Assembly (NCBI GenBank): GCA_046293135.1
Contig: JBKBPR010000007.1
Span: forward strand, 6,026 to 70,025
Direction: 5' to 3'
Source of the DNA: Alphaproteobacteria bacterium
GTDB taxonomy: Bacteria > Pseudomonadota > Alphaproteobacteria > Micavibrionales > Micavibrionaceae
DNA length: 64,000 nucleotides
In this document: positions 28,076 to 36,782 of the stretch, piece after piece
Position numbering within the stretch: position 1 is the stretch's first letter
Layout: every line of letters starts with the position of its first letter
Translations under genes and position numbers: made by a program
Notes under the pieces: model-generated
The model's database searches: none
What the model was told of the DNA's origin: nothing
What the model saw: the letters and a program-made list of their open reading frames with translations, nothing else

Positions 28076-29854
28076 ATGAAAAATTTCGAAAGCTTCGGCT
28101 TAAGCGATGCGCTGGCCAAATCACTGACATATATGAATTACACAACGCCGACCCCCATTCAGGAAAAAGCGATTCCGCTTGCTTTGGCGGGGCACGACAT
28201 TATGGGTACGGCACAAACAGGAACGGGAAAAACCGCAGCTTTTGCGATCCCGCTGGTTGAAAAACTATTGAACAACCCCGAAGGAACGGCGCTGGTTTTG
28301 ACTCCGACGCGTGAACTCGGCAAGCAAATCATGGACATCATGCATAAGCTGCTTGGGCCAAGAAGCCCGATTAGAACCGCCTTTATTATCGGCGGTGAGC
28401 CGATGGGCAAACAACTCAACCAGCTTCAGGCCAATCCGCGTTTGATCGTCGGTACGCCGGGGCGGATCAACGACCATCTGGAGCGCAAAACGCTCAAGCT
28501 GCATGATACGGATTTCCTCGTGCTCGATGAAACAGACCGTATGCTCGATATGGGCTTTTCGGTGCAGCTTGAAAAGATTTTTCAATACATGCCGCAGCAG
28601 CGTCAAACCCTGATGTTCTCGGCGACACTGCCGCATAATATTTTGAAAATGTCAGAGCAGTATCTGAAAAATCCGAAACGCGTTTCTGTCGGTGAAACCA
28701 ATGTGGTTGCCACCAATATCAAACAGGAAGTCATCCGCATCGATCAGGATAAAAAATACAATGAGCTGCTCAACCAGCTTCACGAGCGTCAAGGCTCGGT
28801 GATTGTGTTTATCAAAACCAAATATGCGGCGGATCGCATGGCGACGAATTTGCGCCGTGACGGGTTTACCTCCGAAGCGTTGCATGGTGATTTGCGCCAG
28901 CGCAAGCGCGATAGCGTGATGCAGAATTTCCGCAAGATGAACTTCCGCGTTTTGATTGCAACCGATATTGCGGCGCGTGGTTTGGATGTTCCGCATATTG
29001 AACACGTCATCAATTATGATCTGCCGCAAGTGGCCGAAGACTTCATTCACCGCATGGGCCGTACGGCGCGGGCGGGGGCGGAAGGCTCTGCGATCAGCTT
29101 TGTGTCAAATCAGGAAGGCCGTCAATGGCGCGCCATCGAGCAGCTTTTATATCCGCATACCGCCAATAACAATGAGCGGCGCGGCGGCTTTGAAAAGCGC
29201 GGTAGCTTTGACAAAAAAGGCGGTGACAAACGCAACAGCGATAAGCGTGGAGGCTTTGATAAGCGCTCCGGCGCGAAACGCAGTGATGATTACAAGCGTA
29301 AAGATGATGGCTTTTCTGCGAAAAAGAACAAAAAGCAGGGCGGCCAGTTCCGCAATGACAAGCCTTGGCATGATAAGCCAAAGGACAATGCCAATGCGGC
29401 GGCGGCGCGTGATGATCGTTCACAGGACAATCGCGCACAAGATAATCGTCAGCGCGATGATAAGCCCAGAGCGGATTATGCGAGAGCGGATCGTTCAAAA
29501 GCAGATCGTCCCAGAGGGGATCGCCCTTGGAATGACAAGCCGCGTGATGATCGTCCGAAAACGGATAGGCCGCGTGATGATCGTCCAAGAAGCGATAAGC
29601 CGAAAGGCGACCAGCCAAATGGTAATAAGTTCCGCAACAGCGATAAGCCGCGCGGAGCAAATCCAAATGGTTCGGCGGATGGCGGCAAAGGAAAAGGCGG
29701 CGCAAAACCGTTCGGCAATCGCAATAAACCGGGCGGAAAGCCGGGCGGTAAACCAAGCGGGAAGCCAGGCATCAAATCGCACGGTAAAGCGCAAGGCAAG
29801 CCAAATTCCTCAGGGAAGAAGCATTACTACGACAGCAGGAAATCCGCAGCCTAG
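28076..29854 (+). CDS. rhlE: DEAD-box RNA helicase (RhlE-like) with a ~230-aa basic/acidic low-complexity tail
   Basis: Q-motif ...PTPIQ; AQTGTGKT; DEAD-type box VLDETD; SAT; HRMGRTARAG. The tail is rich in DRP/DKP repeats. Confidence 0.9.
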   Translation: MKNFESFGLSDALAKSLTYMNYTTPTPIQEKAIPLALAGHDIMGTAQTGTGKTAAFAIPLVEKLLNNPEGTALVLTPTRELGKQIMDIMHKLLGPRSPIRTAFIIGGEPMGKQLNQLQANPRLIVGTPGRINDHLERKTLKLHDTDFLVLDETDRMLDMGFSVQLEKIFQYMPQQRQTLMFSATLPHNILKMSEQYLKNPKRVSVGETNVVATNIKQEVIRIDQDKKYNELLNQLHERQGSVIVFIKTKYAADRMATNLRRDGFTSEALHGDLRQRKRDSVMQNFRKMNFRVLIATDIAARGLDVPHIEHVINYDLPQVAEDFIHRMGRTARAGAEGSAISFVSNQEGRQWRAIEQLLYPHTANNNERRGGFEKRGSFDKKGGDKRNSDKRGGFDKRSGAKRSDDYKRKDDGFSAKKNKKQGGQFRNDKPWHDKPKDNANAAAARDDRSQDNRAQDNRQRDDKPRADYARADRSKADRPRGDRPWNDKPRDDRPKTDRPRDDRPRSDKPKGDQPNGNKFRNSDKPRGANPNGSADGGKGKGGAKPFGNRNKPGGKPGGKPSGKPGIKSHGKAQGKPNSSGKKHYYDSRKSAA

Positions 29855-29924
29855 TAGCCGTGTCGATAGAGAGGCGACAGCTTTAAGCCGTCAATAGAGC
29901 CCTCACGCAATAAAAGATATAAGA

Positions 29925-29959
29925 ATAGCGCCTCATGTAGTATCAGGCGCTATTTTTTT
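29925..29959 (+). terminator. Rho-independent terminator after rhlE
   Basis: ATAGCGCCT...AGGCGCTAT hairpin followed by T7. Confidence 0.7.
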
Positions 29960-29993
29960 GTTGGGTCTGTATGGGCGTGAGAAGTTTTTGACC

Positions 29994-31796
29994 CTAAACC
30001 AACCCCTTATCAAACTGCTCGGCATCGGGGGAGAGGATCATCTCGTTATGCGCCTTGCCGCTTGGAATCATCGGGAAGCAGTTTTCCTTCTGGTCGACGC
30101 AGACATCAACAATCGTCACACGGTCGGTTTTGAGCATTTCGGCAATCACGCCGTCCAGCTCGTCAGGGGTTTGCGCCCGTAGCCCGATCCCGCCATAAGC
30201 CTCGGCCAGCTTCACAAAGTCGGGCAGGGATTCGGTGTATGAGTTCGAGTAGCGCTCGCCATGCAGCAGCTCTTGCCACTGCCGCACCATCCCCATCCAT
30301 TGGTTGTTCAGGATGAAGATTTTCACCGGCAAGCGGTATTGCACGGCGGTGCTCATTTCCTGAATATTCATCAGGATCGAGGCTTCGCCCGCCACATCAA
30401 TCACCAGCGCGTCAGGATGCGCCATTTGCACGCCAATCGCGGCAGGCAGGCCATAGCCCATCGTGCCCAGCCCGCCGGAGGTCATCCAGCGGTTAGGCTC
30501 TTCGAAATGCAGGAATTGCGCCGCCCACATCTGGTGCTGGCCGACTTCGGTGGTGATATAGGTGTCGCGCTTGTCCTTCTCCGTGAAGTGACGTAAGCGC
30601 TCCAGCGCATATTGCGGCTTGATGATCTTGCTGTCATTCTTGTAAGCAAGGCAGTTTTTCGCGCGCCATTGCTCAATCTGCGTCCACCAGCGCGCCAGCG
30701 CATCCTGATCGAGCTTGTATTTGCGCGCCCGCCAAACCTCCAGCATCGCCCGCAGGGCTTCCTTGGCATCGGCGAGAATCGGAATATCGATCTGCACATT
30801 TTTGTTGATCGAGCTGGCATCAATATCAACATGGATCTTGCTGGAATGCGGCGAGAATTTATCGAGCCTGCCCGTCACACGGTCATCAAACCGCGCCCCG
30901 ATATTGATCATCACATCGCAATCATGCATCGCCCAATTGGCCTCGAACGTGCCATGCATCCCCAGCATCCCCAGCCATTGGCGGTCGGAAGCGGGATAAG
31001 CGCCCAGCCCCATCAGGGTTGAGGTAATCGGAATCCCCGTTTCACGCACGAATTCGCGCAAAATCTGTGAGGCCTCCGTACCGGCATTGATAACGCCGCC
31101 GCCCGTATAAAAAACGGGCTTTTTGGCTTGGGCGATCATCGCAACGGCAGCCTCGACCGCATCCATATCGGGCATGGTTTTGGGGTTATAGCTGGCCTTG
31201 ACGTCTTCTCTCATATTCTTGTAAGCGGCCTTGGCGAATTGAATATCTTTCGGAATATCAATCACAACAGGGCCGGGGCGGCCTGAGCGCGCCACATGGA
31301 AGGCTTCGTGAATAATCTCGGCCAGCTGGTTAACGTCCTTGACGAGGTAATTGTGCTTGGTGCAAGGGCGCGTGATCCCCGTGGTGTCGGCCTCTTGGAA
31401 CGCGTCCGTCCCGATCAGAAAGGTCGGAACTTGTCCCGTGATACACACCATCGGGATTGAATCCATCAACGCATCGGTCAAACCCGTAACGGCATTGGTC
31501 GCGCCAGGGCCGGAGGTGACAAGCGCCACGCCGACCTTTCCGGTTGAGCGGGCATAGCCCTCGGCGGCATGGGTACAGCCCTGTTCATGGCGGCCTAAAA
31601 CGTGACGGATGGAATTTTGATGTTTGAAAATTTCATCATAAATCGGTAAGACCGCCCCGCCGGGATAACCGAAAATTGTGTCCACGCCCTGATCGATGAG
31701 GGCGCGAATAACGATTTCCGCGCCTGTCACTTGTTCAGGGGCTTTGGCGGCAGTTTTCGGGGCTTCTCGTTTGGCTTCGGCGGTGCTCATGGTCAA
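29994..31796 (-). CDS. ilvB: Acetolactate synthase, large (catalytic) subunit
   Basis: ...GVDTIFGYPGGAVLPIYD...; TPP-binding motif ...GGLGTMGYGLPAAIGVQ...; 600 aa. Confidence 0.92.
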   Translation of the reverse strand: MTMSTAEAKREAPKTAAKAPEQVTGAEIVIRALIDQGVDTIFGYPGGAVLPIYDEIFKHQNSIRHVLGRHEQGCTHAAEGYARSTGKVGVALVTSGPGATNAVTGLTDALMDSIPMVCITGQVPTFLIGTDAFQEADTTGITRPCTKHNYLVKDVNQLAEIIHEAFHVARSGRPGPVVIDIPKDIQFAKAAYKNMREDVKASYNPKTMPDMDAVEAAVAMIAQAKKPVFYTGGGVINAGTEASQILREFVRETGIPITSTLMGLGAYPASDRQWLGMLGMHGTFEANWAMHDCDVMINIGARFDDRVTGRLDKFSPHSSKIHVDIDASSINKNVQIDIPILADAKEALRAMLEVWRARKYKLDQDALARWWTQIEQWRAKNCLAYKNDSKIIKPQYALERLRHFTEKDKRDTYITTEVGQHQMWAAQFLHFEEPNRWMTSGGLGTMGYGLPAAIGVQMAHPDALVIDVAGEASILMNIQEMSTAVQYRLPVKIFILNNQWMGMVRQWQELLHGERYSNSYTESLPDFVKLAEAYGGIGLRAQTPDELDGVIAEMLKTDRVTIVDVCVDQKENCFPMIPSGKAHNEMILSPDAEQFDKGLV

Positions 31797-31884
31797 TAGT
31801 CCTTGGTTTGTGTTTTGCTTTTATGTTTCGTGTCGTTTGTTTTGGTCGTTTTTTCAGTCATTTGTTTCAGGCATTTCAGACATT

Positions 31885-31911
31885 AAAAAACCCCGTCCTT
31901 ACGGTGCGGGG
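31885..31911 (-). terminator. Attenuator terminator in the ilvB leader
   Basis: Minus strand CCCCGCACCGTAAGGACGGGG followed by T6, ~90 nt upstream of the ilvB ATG. Its 5' arm overlaps the 3' arm of an alternative GGGGCGCT(GCG)...(CGC)AAAGCGCCCC helix. Confidence 0.65.
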
Positions 31912-31938
31912 CGCTTTGCGTTTGGTTTAAGCATGAGC

Positions 31939-32013
31939 CTAAGGTCGCAGCGCCCCTTTATTGAGTACCACGAGTAGTCCTAGGATTTTGTTAATGCCGT
32001 TTGCTTTATTCAT
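31939..32013 (-). CDS. Branched-chain amino-acid-rich leader peptide (24 aa) of the ilvB attenuator
   Basis: MNKANGINKILGLLVVLNKGALRP*. The run ILGLLVVL lies just before the antiterminator arm, which is encoded by codons 20-23. Confidence 0.6.
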   Translation of the reverse strand: MNKANGINKILGLLVVLNKGALRP

Positions 32014-32417
32014 AAACTCTTGTTTACCGTATGTTTTGTGCATCCGCAACAAATTTGTCTTATTTGAATTCAAAAATTTTTTAATCTTACAAAAAGAAAT
32101 AACGCGTCCGGGATGAAGCCGCTTTTCATGATTGGAGAGATATTGCTCGGCTTCTCCGCGGTTCGCGTTTTCTTTTTTCTGGAAGCGGGTCCGGATTTTT
32201 TCCTTTTGCCGCTTCGATACACCCAATTTACTTTCGTTTGTTACCCGTACCTTTGTCTGGCCGGACCTTTTTCGAAACATTGCTGTCTCTTTATGATTTT
32301 ATTAAGCAACAAAATGACGTTTGAGTCAACACAAAAGAAACAAAAAAATCAATTAATCGTACAAAAAGAAATAATATTTCAATATAGGTGGTGAAACCGA
32401 GGGTTTTCAGGGGGTTC

Positions 32418-33038
32418 TTATGGCTGTGAGAGTCCGTGAGCGTGGCTTACAGGTGAATTATTGGATAGAACGGTTAAGAGATAAGGCCAGGCTTCCCGTC
32501 TTTCCGTCAGTTTTTGGGCAACAATATTTGTTAATTTATCCATCAATAGATTTGTTTTTGTAATGGAAAAGCCATGATTCTTGAGCGCATAGGACGGGAC
32601 GGTTAAAACAATCGGCGGGCCATAGGGAAAGGCCATAACGCTGTAAGCGGCCAAATAAAAATTCTCGCTCAAGGTTATCACGCCGATATCGGGCATTTCG
32701 CGTGGAAGGTCTAATTCCTGATAGGCTTCGTGGAAAACATCCAAAAAGATTTTGATGGTTGAGTTGCTAAAGCCTAGCCAGCGCAAATCTTCAACGGCGG
32801 CCTCAACGGAGAGCAGTGCCGCCATTTCATCATGGCTTAAATCTTCGAAAGCGCGATTCTGGCTGTAATTTTCACAGATATAATCATAAGTCGGCAGGTC
32901 TGTGATCTGATTCGGGTCGCGCACCAATATTTTGGCAACGTCCATAGCGCTATAGGCGTAGTAATCTGATTGGTTAAACTCTCTGCTCATCATTTTTTCT
33001 CTTGAGCCTATATACAGAATAACGGCTGCCAAAGGCAA
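32418..33038 (-). CDS. Hypothetical protein
   Basis: 206-aa ORF; the likely start is MMSREF at 32993. No motif recognised. Confidence 0.45.
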   Translation of the reverse strand: MPLAAVILYIGSREKMMSREFNQSDYYAYSAMDVAKILVRDPNQITDLPTYDYICENYSQNRAFEDLSHDEMAALLSVEAAVEDLRWLGFSNSTIKIFLDVFHEAYQELDLPREMPDIGVITLSENFYLAAYSVMAFPYGPPIVLTVPSYALKNHGFSITKTNLLMDKLTNIVAQKLTERREAWPYLLTVLSNNSPVSHAHGLSQP

Positions 33039-33139
33039 GAAAGAATCGGGGGGAGGGTGCGGTTTCGTTCAGATACCCTTGACAATATAGGAATTAAATC
33101 ATATGATTGTCTTGATTAAGGGGCGAATTGTGCCTCGTA

Positions 33140-33510
33140 TAATGTCATTCCGCTGTTGTTCACTCTCTCGTCATCCCGAGCGTAGCCGAGGGATATTAGG
33201 AGTTTGTTTCAAGATTCCTCCACTCATAGCTATGCCATTCGGTCGGAATGACAAAATGCGGCCTGTCATCCCCGCGGCTCTGCATAGCAGAGCTTAAACG
33301 ACGGGGATCTGGAAAAAACTATAGCGACATAATATCCGGATGCCCGCACAAGGCGGGCATGACGGTTGGTATTAATTTTAACCACAGAGATGAAGGAGTT
33401 TTAAAAAGAGAATACGGAGATTTTTTGTTTAGAGAAAACTCTGTGAACTCTTATAACTCTGTGCCTCTGTGGTAAAGCAATAAGATCCCTCGACTTCGCT
33501 CGGGATGACA
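33140..33510. repeat. Cluster of short hairpin-forming GTCAT-type palindromic units (REP/MITE-like)
   Basis: GTCATTCCG (33143) pairs with CGGAATGAC (33244). GTCATCCCGAGCGTAGCCGAGGGAT (33170) has an inverted copy GATCCCTCGACTTCGCTCGGGATGAC (33484). GTCATCCCCGCG[GCTCTGCataGCAGAGC]ttaaacgaCGGGGAT is at 33275-33309. ATGCCCGCacaagGCGGGCAT is at 33340-33360. ACCACAGAG (33381) pairs with CTCTGTGGT (33463). Confidence 0.7.
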
Positions 33511-33779
33511 TACAGGGGCATAAATCCTTGGTGTCTTCGTGTCTTGGTGGTTCAAAAACAACAAAAGGAATAGCAAATGCAACAGGTTACCCTTTCTTCA
33601 AAGCGCCAGCCATCGCTATGGTTGCCTTTATCTGTACTTTTGCCACCACCTTTATCTCGATTTCGTGCCTTTCCCCCACTCTTACCATCACTCTTCACTC
33701 TTCACTCTCACTTCCTCTTTTGCCACGCCTTCCCTGATATTGCATTATGTAAAATATATACGGATTAGCCAAAAACAAG

Positions 33780-33899
33780 TGGGGCGAGCGGGGCGAGTGG
33801 GGCGAGTGGGGCGAAGTGACCGTAACTTAATGAAATATATTATAAACCTTTCGCCCCACTTTAAGTGCGAGAGTGGGGCGAGTGGGGCGAAACGCCCCA
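33780..33899. repeat. TGGGGCGAG 9-mer array: 4 tandem copies, 1 inverted copy, then 2 tandem copies ending in a perfect hairpin
   Basis: Copies are at 33780-33815 (tggggcgag cggggcgag tggggcgag tggggcgaa), inverted ttcgcccca at 33850-33858, and 33874-33891. The hairpin TGGGGCGaaaCGCCCCA is at 33883-33899, just 3' of the miaA stop. Confidence 0.75.
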
Positions 33900-33916
33900 G
33901 TTTCGAAAACCTTATT

Positions 33917-34801
33917 TTATATCTGATTGCGGAACCATGTTGTCTGGCGTTTGGCGTAGCGCCGCGTTTCCCCTTGCGCCAGCGTGATCGCCTCTTCACG
34001 GCTTATCGCCCCGTTCAGATAGGCCTCTAATTGCCTGAAGCCCAGCGCCTTGGTCAGCGGAACGCCGTCCTTTACCGCGCCATCCTTGATTTTTTGGCTG
34101 AAGGCCGCGACCTCCTCCAGAGCGCCGCGCTGAAGCATGGCCTCAAAGCGTTGGTTACAGCGCTCATAGAGCGTGTTGCGCTCGGGCAAAATCACCTCGA
34201 TCTCAAAATTCCAATTGGGGGGCGGGGCGGCGCGATCCAGTTTTTGCCACTCGGCCAGCGATTTTCCCGTAGCCTCCAGAACCTCCATCGCACGGATAAT
34301 GCGCGCCTTGTGATTAACATGAAACCGCGCAGCCATTACAGGATCGCGGGTTTCGAGCTCCTGATAAAACGCCTCAGCGCCCAAGGCTTCATAACGCGCG
34401 ACAACGGCGTTGCGGATTGCGGGCGGCACATCGGGCATCGGCGATAAACCGTCGGTCAGCGCGCGGATATATAGCCCCGTCCCGCCGCAAATGATTGGCG
34501 TTTGCCCGTTCTCAAGCGTTTTGGCAATCAGCGGCATGGCAAGCTCACACCAGTTTCCGGCGCTACACACATCATTCGGATGCAAATGGCTGTAGAGCAG
34601 ATGCGGCGCGGCTTTGAGGTCATCATCCTCGGGCTGCGCGGTCAGGGTATGCAGCCCGTCATAAATCTGCAGCGAATCGCAATTGATGATAACGCCATCG
34701 CGTTCCAGCGCCAGTTCCAGCGCTCTGGAGGATTTTCCGCTCGCGGTCGGGCCAGCAACAATATGGATCGTATGTCTCTGACTGGCGGCGCTTTTGCTCA
34801 C
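33917..34801 (-). CDS. miaA: tRNA dimethylallyltransferase
   Basis: P-loop IVAGPTASGKSS; ...CDSLQIYDGL...; ...ICGGTGLYI... Confidence 0.9.
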   Translation of the reverse strand: MSKSAASQRHTIHIVAGPTASGKSSRALELALERDGVIINCDSLQIYDGLHTLTAQPEDDDLKAAPHLLYSHLHPNDVCSAGNWCELAMPLIAKTLENGQTPIICGGTGLYIRALTDGLSPMPDVPPAIRNAVVARYEALGAEAFYQELETRDPVMAARFHVNHKARIIRAMEVLEATGKSLAEWQKLDRAAPPPNWNFEIEVILPERNTLYERCNQRFEAMLQRGALEEVAAFSQKIKDGAVKDGVPLTKALGFRQLEAYLNGAISREEAITLAQGETRRYAKRQTTWFRNQI

Positions 34802-34825
34802 GGGATTATTACAGCGCTTAAGAGC

Positions 34826-36373
34826 TTAAGACAAGCGCAGCGCCACAAAGCGGATATCGCCCGTGCGGTTGACCAGCAGCAAGACAGAGCTGCGCCCTGC
34901 GGCTTTGGCGGCCTCGATGATGTCAATCACATCTTGCGGCGCGCGGACATTTTGCTGGTTGACCTCAACAATGACATCGCCCGCCACCAGGCCTTTCAAG
35001 CCGGCCTCGGAACCCGCCGTCACATCGCCAACCAATACGCCTTCGACATTATCGGGAATACCGAAATCCTCGCGCTCCTTTTGGGTGAGGGAGGTAATCC
35101 CCAGCCCCAAATCGGCAAGCTGGCGCAGATCAGCCTTGGAGGTGTCGGTTTCCTTCAGCAGGCCTTCTTCCTCGGCAACCTCAAGCTCACCAACCGTGAC
35201 CTTGGTTGTGTGCTCAACGCCCTCGCGCCAGTAGATCAGCTCGGTCGGTTCACCGATGGTGGTTTCCGCGACAATACGGGGGAGGGAGCGCATCGAATTG
35301 ATCTCCTGCCCGTTAAAGCGCAGGATAATATCACCATGCTGTAACCCTGCGGCTTCGGCGGGGCCTCCTGCAGTGATGCTAGCGACAAGCGCGCCTTTTT
35401 CCATCGGTAAATCAAGGCTTTCAGCAATTTCAGGCGTAACGGTTTGGATACGAACGCCCAGCCAGCCGCGGCGCGTGCGGCCATATTTGATGATCTGGTC
35501 GATCACAGGCTTGGCAAGATCGGAGGGAATCGCAAAGCCAATCCCGACAGAACCGCCCGTGGGGCTGAAAATCGCGGTATTGATTCCGATAACCTCACCG
35601 TTCAGATTGAACATCGGCCCGCCCGAATTTCCGCGGTTGATCGAGGCATCGGTCTGCAAATAATCATCATAAGGCCCTGTATTGATATCGCGCTGGCGGG
35701 CGGAGATAATACCCGCCGTGACCGTACCGCCCAGCCCGAACGGATTACCGATCGCCAGCACCCAATCGCCGACACGCAAATGTTCGCTGCGCCCGAAACT
35801 CACGGTTTTCAAATCGGCCTTGGTCGGGTCAACCTTCAGCACGGCAATATCGGTTTTCTCATCCACGCCGATAATTTCAGCATCAATCGTGCTGTCATCA
35901 TGCAGCGTAATTTTCACGGACTCAGAATCACGGATAACGTGATTATTGGTCACAACATAGCCATTCTCGGCATCAATAATAAAGCCCGAACCCAGCGAGG
36001 ATTGCGGCATAGCGTCCAAGCCGCGCCCGCGTTTATCCATGAATTCCTCAAAGAAATCCCGAAACGGCGAGCCTTCGGGGAATTGCTCCATCGGCGGGAA
36101 ATCCCGCGCGTCGCTAACCTTTTGTGTGGTGGAAATATTGACAACCGCAGGGATAAGCTTGTCGACGAGATCGGCAAAGCTGGCGGGTGGGCGCTCTTGG
36201 GCATCACCAAACACATGGCGCGCCGCCTCGGTTTGATTGTCCTGATTGTTCTCATTGTCTTGCGCTTGGGCGGTGCTGATAAAATGTTGTGGGGCGCTAT
36301 ACACACCGCCGATCAGCAATGCAAACAGTGCAACAAAGCTCCAGATACGCGCAGATTTATTCGTCATTGTCAT
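34826..36373 (-). CDS. htrA: Periplasmic serine endoprotease, DegP/HtrA (Do) family, two PDZ domains
   Basis: Catalytic triad context ...TNNHV...DIAVLKV...GNSGGPMFN. The signal peptide starts at MTMTNKSARIWSFVALFALL; the ORF-track start at 36427 is probably too far upstream. Confidence 0.9.
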   Translation of the reverse strand: MTMTNKSARIWSFVALFALLIGGVYSAPQHFISTAQAQDNENNQDNQTEAARHVFGDAQERPPASFADLVDKLIPAVVNISTTQKVSDARDFPPMEQFPEGSPFRDFFEEFMDKRGRGLDAMPQSSLGSGFIIDAENGYVVTNNHVIRDSESVKITLHDDSTIDAEIIGVDEKTDIAVLKVDPTKADLKTVSFGRSEHLRVGDWVLAIGNPFGLGGTVTAGIISARQRDINTGPYDDYLQTDASINRGNSGGPMFNLNGEVIGINTAIFSPTGGSVGIGFAIPSDLAKPVIDQIIKYGRTRRGWLGVRIQTVTPEIAESLDLPMEKGALVASITAGGPAEAAGLQHGDIILRFNGQEINSMRSLPRIVAETTIGEPTELIYWREGVEHTTKVTVGELEVAEEEGLLKETDTSKADLRQLADLGLGITSLTQKEREDFGIPDNVEGVLVGDVTAGSEAGLKGLVAGDVIVEVNQQNVRAPQDVIDIIEAAKAAGRSSVLLLVNRTGDIRFVALRLS

Positions 36374-36521
36374 GGTTCCACCTTGATGTCTGTTGTGTTT
36401 AAGACGCTCTAATTTTGCGTCAGCCAATTAAAATAGAAACACTAAAATAAGGCCAACTGGCTCAAGGGTCAACCATACGAATTTTATGTGCCGCACGGTT
36501 TTTAAAGCGGGCGTTGAGCGC

Positions 36522-36728
36522 TTAGAACAACAATTGCCCCAAGCTGACGAGTGCAAAGCCGATAATAACCATGGCGATGCCGAAATTGCGTAAGGTTGCG
36601 GGCGGCAGGCTTAACGCGCTCATCATCATTTTGCGCATCATATCGGGGAACAGCGCATAAAGCAGGCCTTCAATCACGAAGATCAGCGCAATTGCGGTGA
36701 AAATATATAGGCCGAAACTCTCCATCAC
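36522..36728 (-). CDS. DUF2065-family small membrane protein
   Basis: 68 aa with 2 TM segments, at the conserved position between hflC and htrA. Confidence 0.65.
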   Translation of the reverse strand: MMESFGLYIFTAIALIFVIEGLLYALFPDMMRKMMMSALSLPPATLRNFGIAMVIIGFALVSLGQLLF

Positions 36729-36782
36729 GCGCCCTGCATTGCCTTGTTATAACGCTTATAAGGCTATGAGCCTTTTAGCCTC

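Noticed and set aside
31939-32280. I considered whether the 113-aa ORF is a real protein.
   Set aside because: Only the last 24 codons, from the internal ATG at 32013, make biological sense as an ILV-rich leader with attenuator structures. The upstream part is AT-rich, lacks an RBS and has no recognisable motif.
33780-33899. I considered whether the TGGGGCGAG repeats are a CRISPR array.
   Set aside because: The units are 9 nt and directly abutting, with no spacers, and one copy is inverted. No cas genes are present in the window.
35444-36412. I considered whether the long antisense or alternative-frame ORFs are real genes. Examples are 35444-36412 and 34502-35344 opposite htrA/miaA, 8703-9344 and 9436-10173 opposite hipA/hipB, 28956-29897 within rhlE, 132-524 opposite arsC, and 48665-49288 opposite the usher.
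   Set aside because: Each lies fully inside a confidently identified gene on the other strand or frame. They have Arg/Pro/Gly-rich compositions typical of out-of-frame GC-rich coding DNA and carry no motifs.
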